DNA from: Macrostomum lignano
Taxonomy: Eukaryota
Reading direction: 5' to 3'
Assembly: GCA_002269645.1 (NCBI GenBank)
Contig: NIVC01000581.1
Span: 248,001-312,000, forward strand
Length of the DNA stretch: 64,000 nucleotides
Both the position numbers and the translations under genes were made by a program. Every line of letters begins with the position of its first letter. Position 1 is the first letter of the stretch. Shown one piece after another: positions 46,539-59,740 of the stretch. The notes beneath the pieces are model-generated. The model ran no database searches and had not been told where the DNA came from. It saw only the letters and a list, made by a program, of their open reading frames with translations.

Positions 46539-48923
46539 TCAGGCCGATTCCTCTGGCCACGTGACTTGCAGGTTGTCTGTGTCCTCATTCAGAGTGTAGT
46601 AGGCCTGGTGCTGCTGCTGCTGCAGGTGCCCAACTGAGCTCGGCGAGGCGGTCAGGCGGCTGACGGGCAGCGGCGACTCGCTGCTCTGCCAGCTGCTGCC
46701 GCAGTGGTGCCTGCAGTAGGAGTGGTCCGAGTACGGCAGGGCGTAGCTGCAAAGGGTTGCGCGGGTTGGATTGAGGAGTTGGACAGCGGATTGAGGGGTT
46801 GGACAGCGGATTAAGGGGCTGGATAGCGGATTGAGGGGGTTGGATAGCGGATTGAGGAGTTGGACAGCGGATTGAGGAGTTGGATAGCGGATTGAGGGGT
46901 TGGACAGCGGATTGAGGGGTTGGACAGCGGATTGAGGAGTTGGATAGCGGATTGAGGGGTTGGACAGCGGATTGAGGGGTTGGATAGCGGATTGAGGGGT
47001 TGGATAGCGGATTGAGGGGTTGGATAGCGGATTGAGGGGTTGGATAGCGGATTGAGGGGTTGGATAGCGGATTGAGGGGTTGGATAGCGGATTGAGGGGT
47101 TGGATAGCGGATTGAGGAGTTGGATAGCGGATTGAGGAGTTGGACAGCGGATTGAGGAGTTGGATAGCGGATTGAGGGGGTTGGATAGCGGATTGAGGGG
47201 TTGGATAGCGGATTGAGGAGTTGGATAGCGGATTGAGAAGTTGGATAGCGGATTGAGGGTTGGATAGCAGATTGATTGAACAGCGGATTGACTGACAGCG
47301 GATCGGATTGACGACTCGCGATTGACATTGAAGATTTTGAAGCACAGATAAATCTGAAAATCTGGGCAACTCACGGTGTGCAAAACTGGGGCTGGGCGGC
47401 CGTGTGAACACTGAGGCCATCCAGCTGGTGCTGCTGGTATTGCTGCTGATTCTGCTGCCGCTTGCTGGTAGCCGCGGCAACGGCGGCTGCAGCTGCCGCA
47501 GTGGCCGCAGCCTCCGCCTCCCGCCGCCGCTGCCTGGCCGCCGCGGAACCGCTGGCAGACAGGAAGATGAGGTTCGGGTTATTCAGCGACGCCTTGGAGG
47601 GCCGACCGCGGCCGCGCTTCTGAATGATGAACGGCGCCACGCCAAAGGCGGCAGCGGCGGCGCTCCCGCCCAGCCGGGCCATGGTGCGGCACAGGCGGGC
47701 GAGGCAGACGGCTTTGTCCAGGCGCAGGTTGGGGTAGCGCTTCTTGGCCTGGCAAACCTCGCAGCGGCCGCAGTCGACCCGCAGCCGGCAGGAGTCGCAG
47801 TAGCCGCAGCGCTTGGGGAAGCGGAAGACGCTGGTGGAGGCGAAGTCATCCTCATCAAGCAGCGAGTTGGCGGCCCTGTCCCGGTCGGCCGCGGCCTCCG
47901 CGTCGGAGTCCTCCTCGGCCGTTGGCGGCCGGTAGCCACCCGCGGTCTCCATCTCGTCGTCGGTGGCGGACTCGTCCTCCGCGGGCAGCAGCATCATGTG
48001 CGCGGAGTCGTCCTCCGCTGGCTCCGCCGCCTCGTCCTCGCTGATGCCCTCGTCTCCGCTGGCGTCCGCGATAATCACCGGCTCGGCTTCAGCCGGGCGC
48101 AGTGGCGGCTGCTGGTGCGCGGAGGCCAGCTTGGCCGGAGGGGGGTCTGCAAGGAGTTGAGGTGGCGGCTTCAGTGCCAGCCCTGCGCCCGACTCTGGCA
48201 GGATTCCCACCATCAAAGCCTGCTTCAATTAGATTGCTGAGATACCAAAAGTCATACGGAGAGCAAGAGCTTGGGTTAGGCCAAAGGACAGTGGTCCTTG
48301 GTTAGGCCATTACTGGGATTCCAATGCTAATACGGGGATGCTGTTATCTTAGACAAGAAGGCTTGATGTCAGGGCTTTTTCTTAGGCTTTTAGGCCGCTT
48401 TATGACCCAAGACTCTGGGACAACACAAGTGACTCTGGGGTCGTAGAGCCGTATCTGAGGCGCGCTAGAGTCGCTATAGTCACTAAGCTGTGTCGAAAGC
48501 GCATCTGCGCTCTGGGATGCCCAAGCCGCTCCGCAGCGCAGGCTCACCATCGTCACCGAAGGCTCGCCGCCGCTTCGGCTGTCGCTGGGAGCGCCGCCTG
48601 CCCGAGCAGGCTGGGCAGCGAAAGGCCTCGCCGTTGATTCGGCCAGCGTCGACGGGCGAGACGCCGACGCAGTCGCCGTGGAACCACTCCTGGCAGGCAT
48701 CGCAGGCGATCATGAACCGGCGAGTGTCGCTGGTGCGGCAGACGCAGTAGACGGGAGCGGCGGCTGCGCTGCTCCGCTTGCTGCCGCTGTTGGCCGCCGT
48801 CCTGCCAGCCTTGACGGCTCTGGCGGCACTGCGAGGGTGGCGAGTCTGGAACAGCGAACAGGGGGGCGGGCCGCGATATGACTGATCCCCGCCAGGACTC
48901 TTGATTGTAGCATCTGGACCCAT
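46539..48923 (-). CDS. PHD finger + CXXC zinc-finger protein (CFP1/CXXC1-like). Exons 48923-48548, 48146-47375, 46746-46539 (~451 aa).
   Basis: VYCVCR...MIACDACQEWFHGDCV...FRCPAC; KRCGYCDSC...DCGRCEVC...CLARLC; phase-compatible GT-AG junctions. Confidence 0.8.
46770..47300. repeat. 20-bp intronic minisatellite (TGGATAGCGGATTGAGGGGT)
   Basis: Direct reading. Confidence 0.95.
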
Positions 48924-50650
48924 GGCCCAGCTGCATCAGTTGAATGACCTGTGATACACAAAGCTCATGTGCAGAGCTCCACGAGTTGGGCTGAGATGGA
49001 CATATATACACTGCCTATATACAGGAAATTTGTACTGAATACTGATAGCTAGATAGTACACACTATTCAAATCCTATTTCAGCAGGCATGACATACACAT
49101 ACCAGTCTCACCTAGACTATATAATGTACTTATTTTTGCATCCTTGATGAATATTTTGCTTTTGCTTCGATTTATCTTGCTATTCTTTTAATTCGTACTG
49201 GTTTTTAGGAAATTAAACTGATAAGGATATAAGTGCTCTCAATTTTACTTAAAAATGACAAGCTTTTTATGTTTGCTATATAAAAATAAACTACTTAGCC
49301 ATTGTTTTAGCCACATTTATATTTATTTAAGGCATTATTTATTTATGCTTCTATTCTTTTATTTTACAAAATAGATACAACCTACATAAAAAATCAATAT
49401 ATATTAGATATAGATATCTTACACCTATTATATTTATTTGAAGCAGAGGGGCTATGTGCACTGTGACATACTTCAAGAAACTATCATATATCCAGAAGCA
49501 TTATTGCCAACAATTCAATGAATAAAGTTTGTTCACAATTCAACCTAAAAGTTATGAAACTGATCAACTATTGGTCAATAAATTGCCATAGCATATATTC
49601 TTTTGGAAGATGTTTGTCTTGAGGTTTCTATACTTTAGGTGGCAGTTTCTAAGTCACATACAAATATTTTTGAGAAGCTCTTATCATAACTTGTAATGAT
49701 GGAAATAATGTGGCCTCACTAGCATTTCTGTGGCTTATTTCTACTAATTCTACTAATAAGACTAATTTCTTAAGAGTATTAGTCATTTATAGTATAATCC
49801 ATTTGGTATACAATGATATGAGGTGTTACTTTTATATATAGATGATTGTCTTCCAAAAAATGTACCTAATATAACTATGCACCTAGCATGATCTAGACTA
49901 TGGTGCTTTTATACATAACTATAAAATATAAGCTATTTTGAAGAGCTTCATTTAGGAAAGTAGAACTTTTGACTAAATATTTCTTATAAAATTATTATAG
50001 GCTTAATATTTTAATGCAATAATTTGTTAATAATTGTTTATTAATACTCGTAGATACTAAATTTAAAATAGTAAAATCAATCAATGACTCCATCTATGAA
50101 CAAATAAGGTAAAATGTAGAATATTAAATAATAAATGTAAAACCACCTACATTTTATAAATAAAGTAATAAAATACATGCACATTGCACATTGTGGCTTA
50201 CAAAATAACAGGCCCAGCCAACAAATTATGGGGAGTTTGCTATATTGTAAGCCAATTTTAATTCATATTGATTTGTTAAGTAAAAGAGAAAGTATTAATA
50301 TTTCGTATTATTATGTTGCTTACTGGGTTTTTTTAGGCCATATGGTAGCCACTGGCTACCCAAAAAAGCCATTGGCAACTGGATTTTTGGCATTAGAGGT
50401 CAATCTAGCAACTTTATTTTTCCCATGCCAGTTGCCAATTTGAAATAAAAGTGCTATATGAATCTAAGTTGTGGCAAATACTAAGTTGCAAAAATTGAAA
50501 ATGCAAATAACAAGTCCCAGACAGTCTTACTCCTGCAGTCATACAGTGCATATATGTTTAATAAGCCTTAGAAATCTGTCCTTAAGAATTTGGCTAGTTG
50601 CCAATGGGCAACCAAAAATAGCCATTGGCAACTGGATTTTGAGCCCTAAG

Positions 50651-51004
50651 CAGTGGTCGTGGCGAGTCTCCTTCTAAATTTTCGCGCCACCCAAATTTTT
50701 TCGCGCCATAGGTATCTATATATACAGCTAAGAATACCCAACAAATTCAGACATGCACATGTGAATATGAAGGTAAAAATAGTTATGGAGGTGCAGAACA
50801 TCATGAAATTTAATTATTCAAATGGGTGCCTGGAGTTTAAAGCTTCTTAATGAAAAAATAGCGCAAAAATGGGGGAATATTTTTCATATTTTTGCGCCAT
50901 TAGCCATCCGCATTTTTCGCGCCATGGTCACAGAATTCACGTATTCGCGCCATTTTCGCGCAGGCGCGAATTCGCGCCACCGCGCGCCACCGCCACGACC
51001 ACTG
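50651..51004. mobile_element. hAT-like MITE, 354 bp
   Basis: 14-bp TIR CAGTGGTCGTGGCG; flanks GCCCTAAG / GCCTTAAG (7/8 TSD). Confidence 0.75.
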
Positions 51005-51291
51005 GCCTTAAGGGCCAGCTGGCAACTGGATTTCCAACCTTAAAAAACCCAAGTTGCTTATTTATCTAAAAAATGTATTTTTCAAAAAGCAAATGTCTTT
51101 TAATATATATTAGCTCAATTGTTATATAGCATAGACCCTACTATGGTAGTTGTTGCACAAAAAATTATTCTCCCTATATTTTTTATAAAATTAAAAGAAT
51201 TGCCTCAGTGGGAAGAAGTGTTCTGCAATTGATAATCCACAAAAAAATTCTCAGCAATAACAACTAAAAAATCAAACTCATTACTTTATAT

Positions 51292-51837
51292 CCATAGTCA
51301 GGAAGGTGGCATAGTGTGCGCCGGAATAATTTTTTGGGACGATTTGTGCGCCGTCTATGCGCCATTTGTGCGCTGTCTGTGCGCCGTCTGTGCGCCACTT
51401 TTCACGAGTAGAGTTTTCTAAGAAAGGCTTTCGTATGAAAAGTCTTTGAAATGTTATGCATATTTGAATTTTAAACAAACTTAAATTATACCTACAAATA
51501 GAGTAATGCAAAATTAACGTTCTTAGCGATAATTTTTACTAATTTTATTTATTGTTGATTTTAGAGAAGCAACAAGTTTATCACTGACTTTCTAGACTAT
51601 ACAAATCTCCTTTATTTTACGTAAAATTGTTAATTTGCATTACAATTTTCATGCATGTCAGGGACCTTATGCGCCACAATTATGCGCCGCATGCGCTAGG
51701 GACCTCAGTGTGCACCATGATTGTGCACCAAATGCGCCAGGGACCTCAGTGTGCGCCGTGCTTGTGCGCCAATGTGCGCCGAGACCCTTTGTGTGCGCGG
51801 GAATTTTCCCTCTCAGAGGCCACCTTCCTGACTATGG
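51292..51837. mobile_element. MITE with 19-bp TIR (CCATAGTCAGGAAGGTGGC) and subterminal TGCGCC repeats
   Basis: Perfect inverted match at 51292-51310 and 51819-51837; no TSD seen. Confidence 0.65.
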
Positions 51838-54800
51838 CTTCATATATGATCCAAAATATCATACCACAATGCCAAAAAAACTTGTTAGCATTATTGCTAG
51901 GCCTATTGCTATTTGAATTGGTAGGTTTTTTGCAAATTGACTTTTAGGCAATTGTCAAGTTTCATTTGTTAAATTATTTTGACTCTAGATAGTCAATTTG
52001 ATAGTTGATGGTCAAGATGTTAACAAATGAACGAGTCTTAACAGAAACAAATAAAAAGTATTATTGTCTATAGTCAAATTGCCAACAAATAGCAAAAGCT
52101 TTATATGCTAAAGTAGTAGGAAATCCATAATTAGATATTCCTAAATGCCTTCATTGGGTTCAGTTCAGTTGAAACCACAATTCCTCTAGTCTAAGACTAA
52201 GTATGTTTCAAATAAGGCGTATGAGTCCCATGCATGGCACATAGGAAGTCCTAATAAAGTCCTAAATGCCTTGCTAAATTTAGGACTTTATTAGTCATTT
52301 GTTATTTGTCAACTTGTTAAAGATCATTGATGTTCAGACTTGACCATAGACCTTTTTTCAAGTTGAAAAATGTTCAAATATTCTGGCCATAGACTATTGC
52401 AGCTTTCTAGGATCAGATACATTATAACAAGTTTTGAAGCATCAAAGTTAATGCTTAATCAGGCTTAAGTCTCTTAACAGTATTTATTTGTACTTAAAAT
52501 AATTTTTAATTACTTTTCTGGAATCAAAATAATTTAACAAAGGAAACTTGACAATTGCTGACTTTTGGCAAAAATGTATTTGGCAAAAAGGTTTTTAGCA
52601 AATAATCTAGTAGGCCTAGGCTTATTCTATATAGTGGTAAGTAGTGGATCAAAGATTTTTGAAGTAGGAGGCAGATTGGCCTGAAATAAGTTCCAAATAA
52701 TCCCAAAATTTCAATACTCAAAATTGCAAAAATGCTGCATTAATTAAATTATTTTAATACTTTTTCCTTACTTTCTGTCACCTATGGATGGCATGGAAGG
52801 CCTACAATAGTCTTCAGAATCATGTATTGGTAAATAATCACTAGCAATTTGTGGACCCCAATGACACACACCACTGTGAACACTGTGCCCTACACTAACT
52901 TTTATTTAAATTCCTTACTTTCAACATTAAGTTTTAAAAAATTTAATGCAGCAAACTAGGATTAGGCCTATGCCCTCCCCCTTATGAGCAAGTCCAGCCA
53001 CAGCAAAAGAGGAAGGGAGTCTGCCATCGTTAATAATTAGGCTAGCAAATATTTCAGAATTTCGAAATACCTAACTGAACAATCTAAGCACTACGATAGC
53101 CTAGATATGCTCAAATTTGTATTTGTAGTTTTTTAAACTATTTTATTATGACATCACGGTTTTTTAATTGATTGCAACATACGATCTAATCAAAATTAAA
53201 AAGCAGTGAATCTCCTGTAGGAATCTACTTTTAATTTTTATTATGATATAAGAATAATTTGTTAGGATAAAGGACAATAGATAGCCGATAGGAATAACAG
53301 GTAGCACTGAAAGAGAAAATAAAAAACTAAAGCGTTGTGCGGTGGATCGATGTCTAGGAAATACCAGTATTATTTCCGGTTTCAAAACTTTATAATACTT
53401 TGAGTATTTTTAAAGCAGTAACGTAAAATTAGTTTTATGTTTCAGAAATTTTACTGTAAGTTTTTTTGTTTTTCTTATTTTAAAAACTGTAGGTATAGTG
53501 TTTGTTTTTTTAATACACCGGATACGTTAAAGCATTTCGCCTTTAAGTCAAAAGGTTATAGGCAGATTCACCCGTATGGCAGATTGAAAACCACAGCTCC
53601 GTCCGTGACCTTATCCTGTAGCGAAACTGCAAGTTTCTAGTAGATTCTTGAGTCAAAGTTGATTTGTATTTGCTTTGTGAGTTAACGATGAAAATGGTTA
53701 AATAGGGCATTTACGAACTGCGATAGCGCTAATTGAATGCTAAATAAAATTCATGGTGAGCTCCAAAAATTTCCTGTGCTGGCAAGGTTATTTGATGTAC
53801 ATGTACTGCATATAAAATTACGGTTAGAAAACATAAAATATTTATTAAAACTATTGTTCTATTTCAGAATATACTTACTGTACACGCGATGTACAAATTC
53901 TGAAATTCAGAATATCTTTGTCTTTAGAACGTACAGAGTCTCTATAGGCACCTGGTGCCACCTTTTTAAAGGTGCCGACGGCGTCGAGTGTGTTGATTGA
54001 ATGCTTAAAAGACTAGCTGAGGATGTCCAGTAGTTGAGGCTTGCCCACTGTCGAGGTTTGATCAGTGAAAATCAAGAAATTTGCAACAGGGTCCAGAAGC
54101 TCCGCCTGATTGGCGTACAGGACAGTACTGAACACACTAGCCCTTCCGAAAAATCCGAAAAATCCGACCTTCTGGCAGAATCGTCGAATATCTCGACGGT
54201 TCGGATGGCTGCAGCGACTTGAATCTAATTGTTTCAGAAGGTTAACGCAACAAAGTTAGCCCGGCCTGTGTTTTTGAACTTCGTGTGCCTGCGTTGCTCC
54301 GCAGAAATCCCCACCTTGGTAGTTCTACTGTTAAGTCAATTAAAGGTCGCAGCAGAATCGCAGCAGGAACTCGACAGCAGCACGAAGTAGGCTACAAGCG
54401 TGTACATATGCATGTACATACATAAGGACTGACTGCTGGTGCTAACTCTTTTTGATAGTAGCAGTTGAATAGATCAGGGATTCTTTAACATTTTCAAAAA
54501 TGTCATCATATCGTTTATAAAAAAGCTAGCTAGATTATCTAAAAACTGTAAAAAAACAGCTAGTCTCTAAATCGTAAAAACATTTACACTAGCCTGTCGT
54601 GAAAATAATTGCATTATTAATATTTTAAAAAGTAACGTGAATGTGTTGCTTAACTCAGACAAGAATCATAAAACTTCCCTAAGATTTTATTTTCCATAAG
54701 AAACCCCCAGACGGCATTTTGCTACGTCACGTGACCTTACACCGAGCGGAGCATCGTATGTACACTGCAATGTACGCAATGGAAGCACTGCAACAATGAA

Positions 54801-54910
54801 TCGTGTTATAAGTGACACAGATTGAATTTACCCAGGTGGGCCTGACTTCTGTGCGATCTTCTGCACAGAGCCTGTTTCAAGGCAAAATCAGCACACCGCG
54901 GAGTCCTATA

Positions 54911-57616
54911 ATGGCACCTTCAGACAAGCTGGACCGACTGTGCGAGCAGCTCAGGCCGATCCTGGTCCTCGGCATCGGCTGCGCCAGCTCCCTGCTCATC
55001 GTCACCAACATACGCTGCCGCGGCCTCGTGCTTTCTATCGTGGCCGGGGAGTCGCCGGCGTCCGTGCCCGAGTTTGCCGCACCTTGGCTGGCCGCGGCGC
55101 CCGGCATCTTCACCTACCTGTTCGTGCCCCTGTTCACCGGTAAAGTTATTGGCTTTTCTAAGGAAAAAGTTCTTAAACAGAGCCCAAACTCTTGAAGTCT
55201 GAGTTAGTACATAAAATACTTCGAATTTTTATGATCCGAGTGAGATCCCAAAGGAAATGCAACGTGCCTCTCACATGTTTTTTATCTACTTCGTATATCT
55301 GGTGGAAGTTGAATGTCAATGATAAATAGAAAAAGACTTTATAGATTTTATACGCCCATAAGCTCGTTCAGATTTGAAGAAGACGGCAGATCTTTGATCG
55401 AAATTAAATGGAAGCTGGCAATAGATGGAAACGCTAAAATTCGCTTACTTGGCACAGAATCCTTGATGATGCTTCTAGTTAATTTGGCAACACCGGCGAG
55501 ATGAGGATCCTCGCTACCCCAGGGGGTCAGTGCATTTGCCGCCAAGACCTGCAAACTAAGCAGTGCTAAACATGCATTAACATGCATCATCCGTGTGACC
55601 AGCCACCGCAAAGAAGTGGCCAATAAAGCTGAGCTCCACTTCGTCCTGCTGTGATTGGGTAGCAGCTCTGAGCCCCAGTTCGTCCTGCTGTGATTGGGTA
55701 GCAGCTCTGGGCCCCAGTTCGTCCCGCTGTGATTGGGTAGCAGCTCTGGGTCCCAGTTCGTCCCGCTGTGATTGGGTAGCAGCTCTTCATTTGCGGTGTA
55801 TTATCTGATAGGAGCTGCAACCCACCTCAATCTCAGCATTGTACAATCTGTACTATTCTGTACGCCTGACCGACTTTGAGAGAGTCAGTTTCGGCTCTAA
55901 ACGAGGGTTGTAACGTGAAATTTTTCCATTCCCGGGTCCATAAAGATCGATAAAATCAATGTACAGTTGGTTTAAACCCATCAAACCCATTGACTTGAGC
56001 ATTTTTAGTCCGCGGAGCTACAGGCGGTAATGTGAGCCAGCCTTAGGAATTTGCAACTAAGAACCAAGACGACTGTACATGTAGATCCATGAGGCTCATT
56101 GAACACCTGTACACTTCTTTGCAGGCCTGGTAGACAATTTCAGGCTGAGCTACCGGCAATGCCTGCTCGCAGCGGGAGCCATCGCCTTTCTGAGCGCCCT
56201 GCTGCTTTTTTTCACGCCGCGGCGCGCCTCAGTCATCGAACTGCTGCTGCCCGCCGATGCCGCAGTCGGCGGTCTGAGCGCCAGCCTCGTACTGTCCGTT
56301 GTCCTGCTGGCCACCGACGACTGCTTCCCGGCTGACTCCGGGATTCGAACTCTGGCCACCACCCTGGTGCAGGTAGCTAGTTGCGCTTTCACTTGGGATT
56401 ACATGCTCTGTTTGGCATCACCTGTCAGTTGCAGAAGCTCTGCAAACTCAGAGTTCCCTGAGCTCAGAAAGCCGTCCATATTTGCCACAGGGCGTCGCTT
56501 TTGGCGGTTTCTTCCTCGTGGAGGCGCAGACGGCCCTCGCCCTGCGTCTCGGCTGGCGGGCGGCCCTCCTCCTACATGGCGGCTGCGCGGCCGGCCTCGG
56601 TCTGCTTGGCGCGACCGTCTTTCCCGACCGCCGTCCCGTGCGACCCTCAGTTTCCATGGAAACCAGCGGCAGCCCTATTGACTCCCTGTGCAGTCCTGGC
56701 GAGTGGAACAGACGGCTTCTGAGCCTCTCTCAGGTGATTAGTTACAGCGCTCTGTGACTATAATTATGTCTGACTAAAGTATAAAACGAAAATATTTAAG
56801 CACTCAATGTGGTCACGTTGTGCTGGGTGATTGCCGTTTAAGGATTCGATAGTGCTGAGATCATTCGCGACTCCAGCAATCCAGCTTTGCCTGAACTCTT
56901 CTAAATAGAAAAACATTTTTTGTCCTCGGCTGCACTGCGTCTCTGTAGGCTCCTCCCTCATCGTCCACAATCAGTTCGAACTCAGCTCGAGCCGCACCGT
57001 GTTGCTGTGGCTGCTCGAACGGCTGCTGGCCTCTCTGGTCTCCGATGGCGTCTTCCAGTTCCTGCTCGTCCGTTCTGGCGCTGCTCGCCACTCCGCCGAG
57101 TTCGCAGGCTCGTGGCCCGCCCCTCCGCAGCAGCTGCTGTCTGCCGACGGCGCCTTGCCGGCGTTGCTGTTTTCGGCGGGCTCCACGGCCTCCTACCTGA
57201 GCGGCGCGGTGATCGGCTGCCTGCTGCCTGGCCGGCGGCTTCTGATTGGCCACGCGGCCTCAGCGCTGCTGACCGGCTGCTCCCTCCTCGGCTGGTCAGC
57301 CGTCCTCGGCACGAGCCGACTCCGCAACGCAGAGCTGCTGCTGGCCTGGGCAGGTGGCCTCGGCATCGGCGGCATCGGCAGCTGCGCCTATGCCGCCGGA
57401 GAGGCTGCTACTGGCGTCCCGGCGCGGTCCGTTTACGCCTTCAGCCGCCTGGCTGGCGGGTTGGCCATCGCCGTCGAGCTGGAGGTTCGTCAGGCCCTGC
57501 CGATTGGCGGCGCCAGCCTGCAAGACCAGCGGCTGCTCCTCCGCCTGCTGCTACTGCTGGCAGCCGCTCAGCTGGGCGTTGTGCTGCTTCTGATTCGACA
57601 AATGCCAAACAGCTGA
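54911..57616 (+). CDS. MFS transporter (monocarboxylate-transporter-like). Approximate exons 54911-55139, 56125-56372, 56490-56732, 56949-57616.
   Basis: Multiple TM helices; RLGWRAALLLHGG motif; GT-AG junctions. Confidence 0.55.
55630..55785. repeat. 39-bp minisatellite x4
   Basis: Direct reading. Confidence 0.85.
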
Positions 57617-58830
57617 CTGCTGACTGACTGCTGCTGACTGAATGCTGCCGACTGAGTGCTGCTGACTGAGTGCTGCTGACTGCTGACTGCTGACTGGTGC
57701 TGACTGCTGACTGCTGACTGCTGACTGCTGACTGCTGACTGCTGACTGCTGACTGCTGACTGAGTGCTGCTGACTGCTGACTGGTGCTGACAGCTGACTG
57801 CTGACTGGTGCTGACTGCTGACTGCTGACTGCTGACTGCTGACTGCTGACTGGTGCTGACTGCTGACTGCTGACTGCTGCTGACTGCTGACTGCTGACTG
57901 GTGCTGACTGCTGACTGTTGAGTGCTGACAGCTGACTGCTGACTGCTGCTGACTGCTGACTGCTGACTGCTGACTGCTGACTACTGCTGACTGCTGACTG
58001 CTGACTGCTGACTACTGCTGACTGCTTCTGACTGCTGACTGCTGACTGGTGCTGACTGCTTCTGACTGCTGACTGCTGACTGCTGACTGCTGACTGCTGA
58101 CTGCTGACTGCTGACTACTGCTGACTGCTTCTGACTGCTGACTGCTGACTGGTGCTGACTGCTGACTGCTGACTGCTGACTGCTGCTGACTGCTGACTGC
58201 TTCTGACTGCTGACTGCTGACTGCTGACTGCTGACTGCTGACTGCTGACTGCTGACTACTGCTGACTGCTGACTGCTGACTGCTGACTGCTGACTGCTTC
58301 TGACTGCTGACTGCTGACTGGTGCTGACTGCTGACTGCTGACTGCTGACTGCTGACTGCTGACTGCTTCTGACTGCTGACTGCTGACTGCTGACTGGTGC
58401 TGACTGCTGACTGCTGACTGCTGACTGCTGACTGCTGACTGCTGACTGCTGACTGCTGACTGCTGACTGCTGACTGCTGACTGCTGACTGCTGCTGACTG
58501 CTGACTGCTGACTGCTGACTGCTGCTGACTGCTGACTGCTGACTGCTGACTGCTGACTGCTGACTGCTGACTGCTGCTGACTGCTGACTGCTGACTGGTG
58601 CTGACAGCTGACTGCTGACTGCTGACTGCTGACTGCTGACTGCTGACTACTGCTGACTGCTTCTGACTGCTGACTGCTGACTGGTGCTGACTGCTGACTG
58701 CTGACTGCTGACTGCTGACTGCTGACTGCTTCTGACTGCTGACTGCTGACTGGTGCTGACTGCTGACTGCTGACTGCTGACTGCTGACTGCTGACTGCTG
58801 ACTGCTGACTGCTGACTGCTGACTGCTGCT
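57615..58830. repeat. 1.2-kb 7-bp microsatellite (GCTGACT)n
   Basis: Direct reading. Confidence 0.97.
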
Positions 58831-59740
58831 ACAAGTGTCAAGCCACTACGAGCTATTTTTCACACAACTTTTTGTGTCCCAGTGTCCAGCAGTTGCTGTG
58901 CATGCGTAGTGAATTCAGAATATTTCAGAATTCAGAATTCAGAGTAAAATAAATGTGGATCCAGAGTTCACTGTCGCTTAGAGCTGCAATAAAAACTTAT
59001 TACGAGCGTAATAAGCCTCATTTTGAGTATTTAATTGTTGGCTTAAAGTTTATTTTAACAACAAACTGTTTTTTGTAATTCCTGCTGAGTCATAGAAATT
59101 CAATTCGGGTTTTTTTAATCACTCCAGCTCTGATTGAAGCTTCAGCTCCACGCCAATAACCGAGACAAAGCACAACTCAGGGAGCTATTTCAGTTGTTAC
59201 AGTAACCTTTAAGTCGTAGCGATATAGTTTCAAAAAGTATATTTATAATTAGAAAAGTAAAGCATCATTGATTAATCAACGGTGGCACTCTGAAAGCCGT
59301 GAAATTGATAAGAGTAATTTATAGAGTAGAGAAAGGGAAGAGTTGCTGAGTCCTGTGTTACAGAGTATGTCGGATAGAAGGCAGAAACACATCAGATGTG
59401 GGGTAGAAGAAGCTTGGAGCCCAGCCAGGACGGCGGCCTGCAGATCGCAATACTAGAGGCTTCATTTCTCGGGGCATAATATTTCGTATTTTTTTTTCTT
59501 TCAACATAATCTTTTGCGACAGGCAGATTTTTGTTGCGGCTTCCGGCTGGCCGGGCTTATCAAAACAGGCAAGGAGAAAGGAATCCCCTGCCAAGATCGA
59601 AGAGCTTTTCGAAGAGTGCAGAGTGCGAATATTTCTACAGGTATCGGGTCAAGAGTTCAAGTTGCTAGAAAATTGTTGCTCAAAGTCTACACAAAATTGG
59701 CAGAGCTAGTTCAGAATTTCGAGTCCCCGGTCACTCTCGG

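Noticed and set aside
46585-47480. Pro/Ser-rich repeat ORFs
   Set aside because: Intronic 20-bp repeat; only 46539-46746 and the part from 47375 upward fit the exon model
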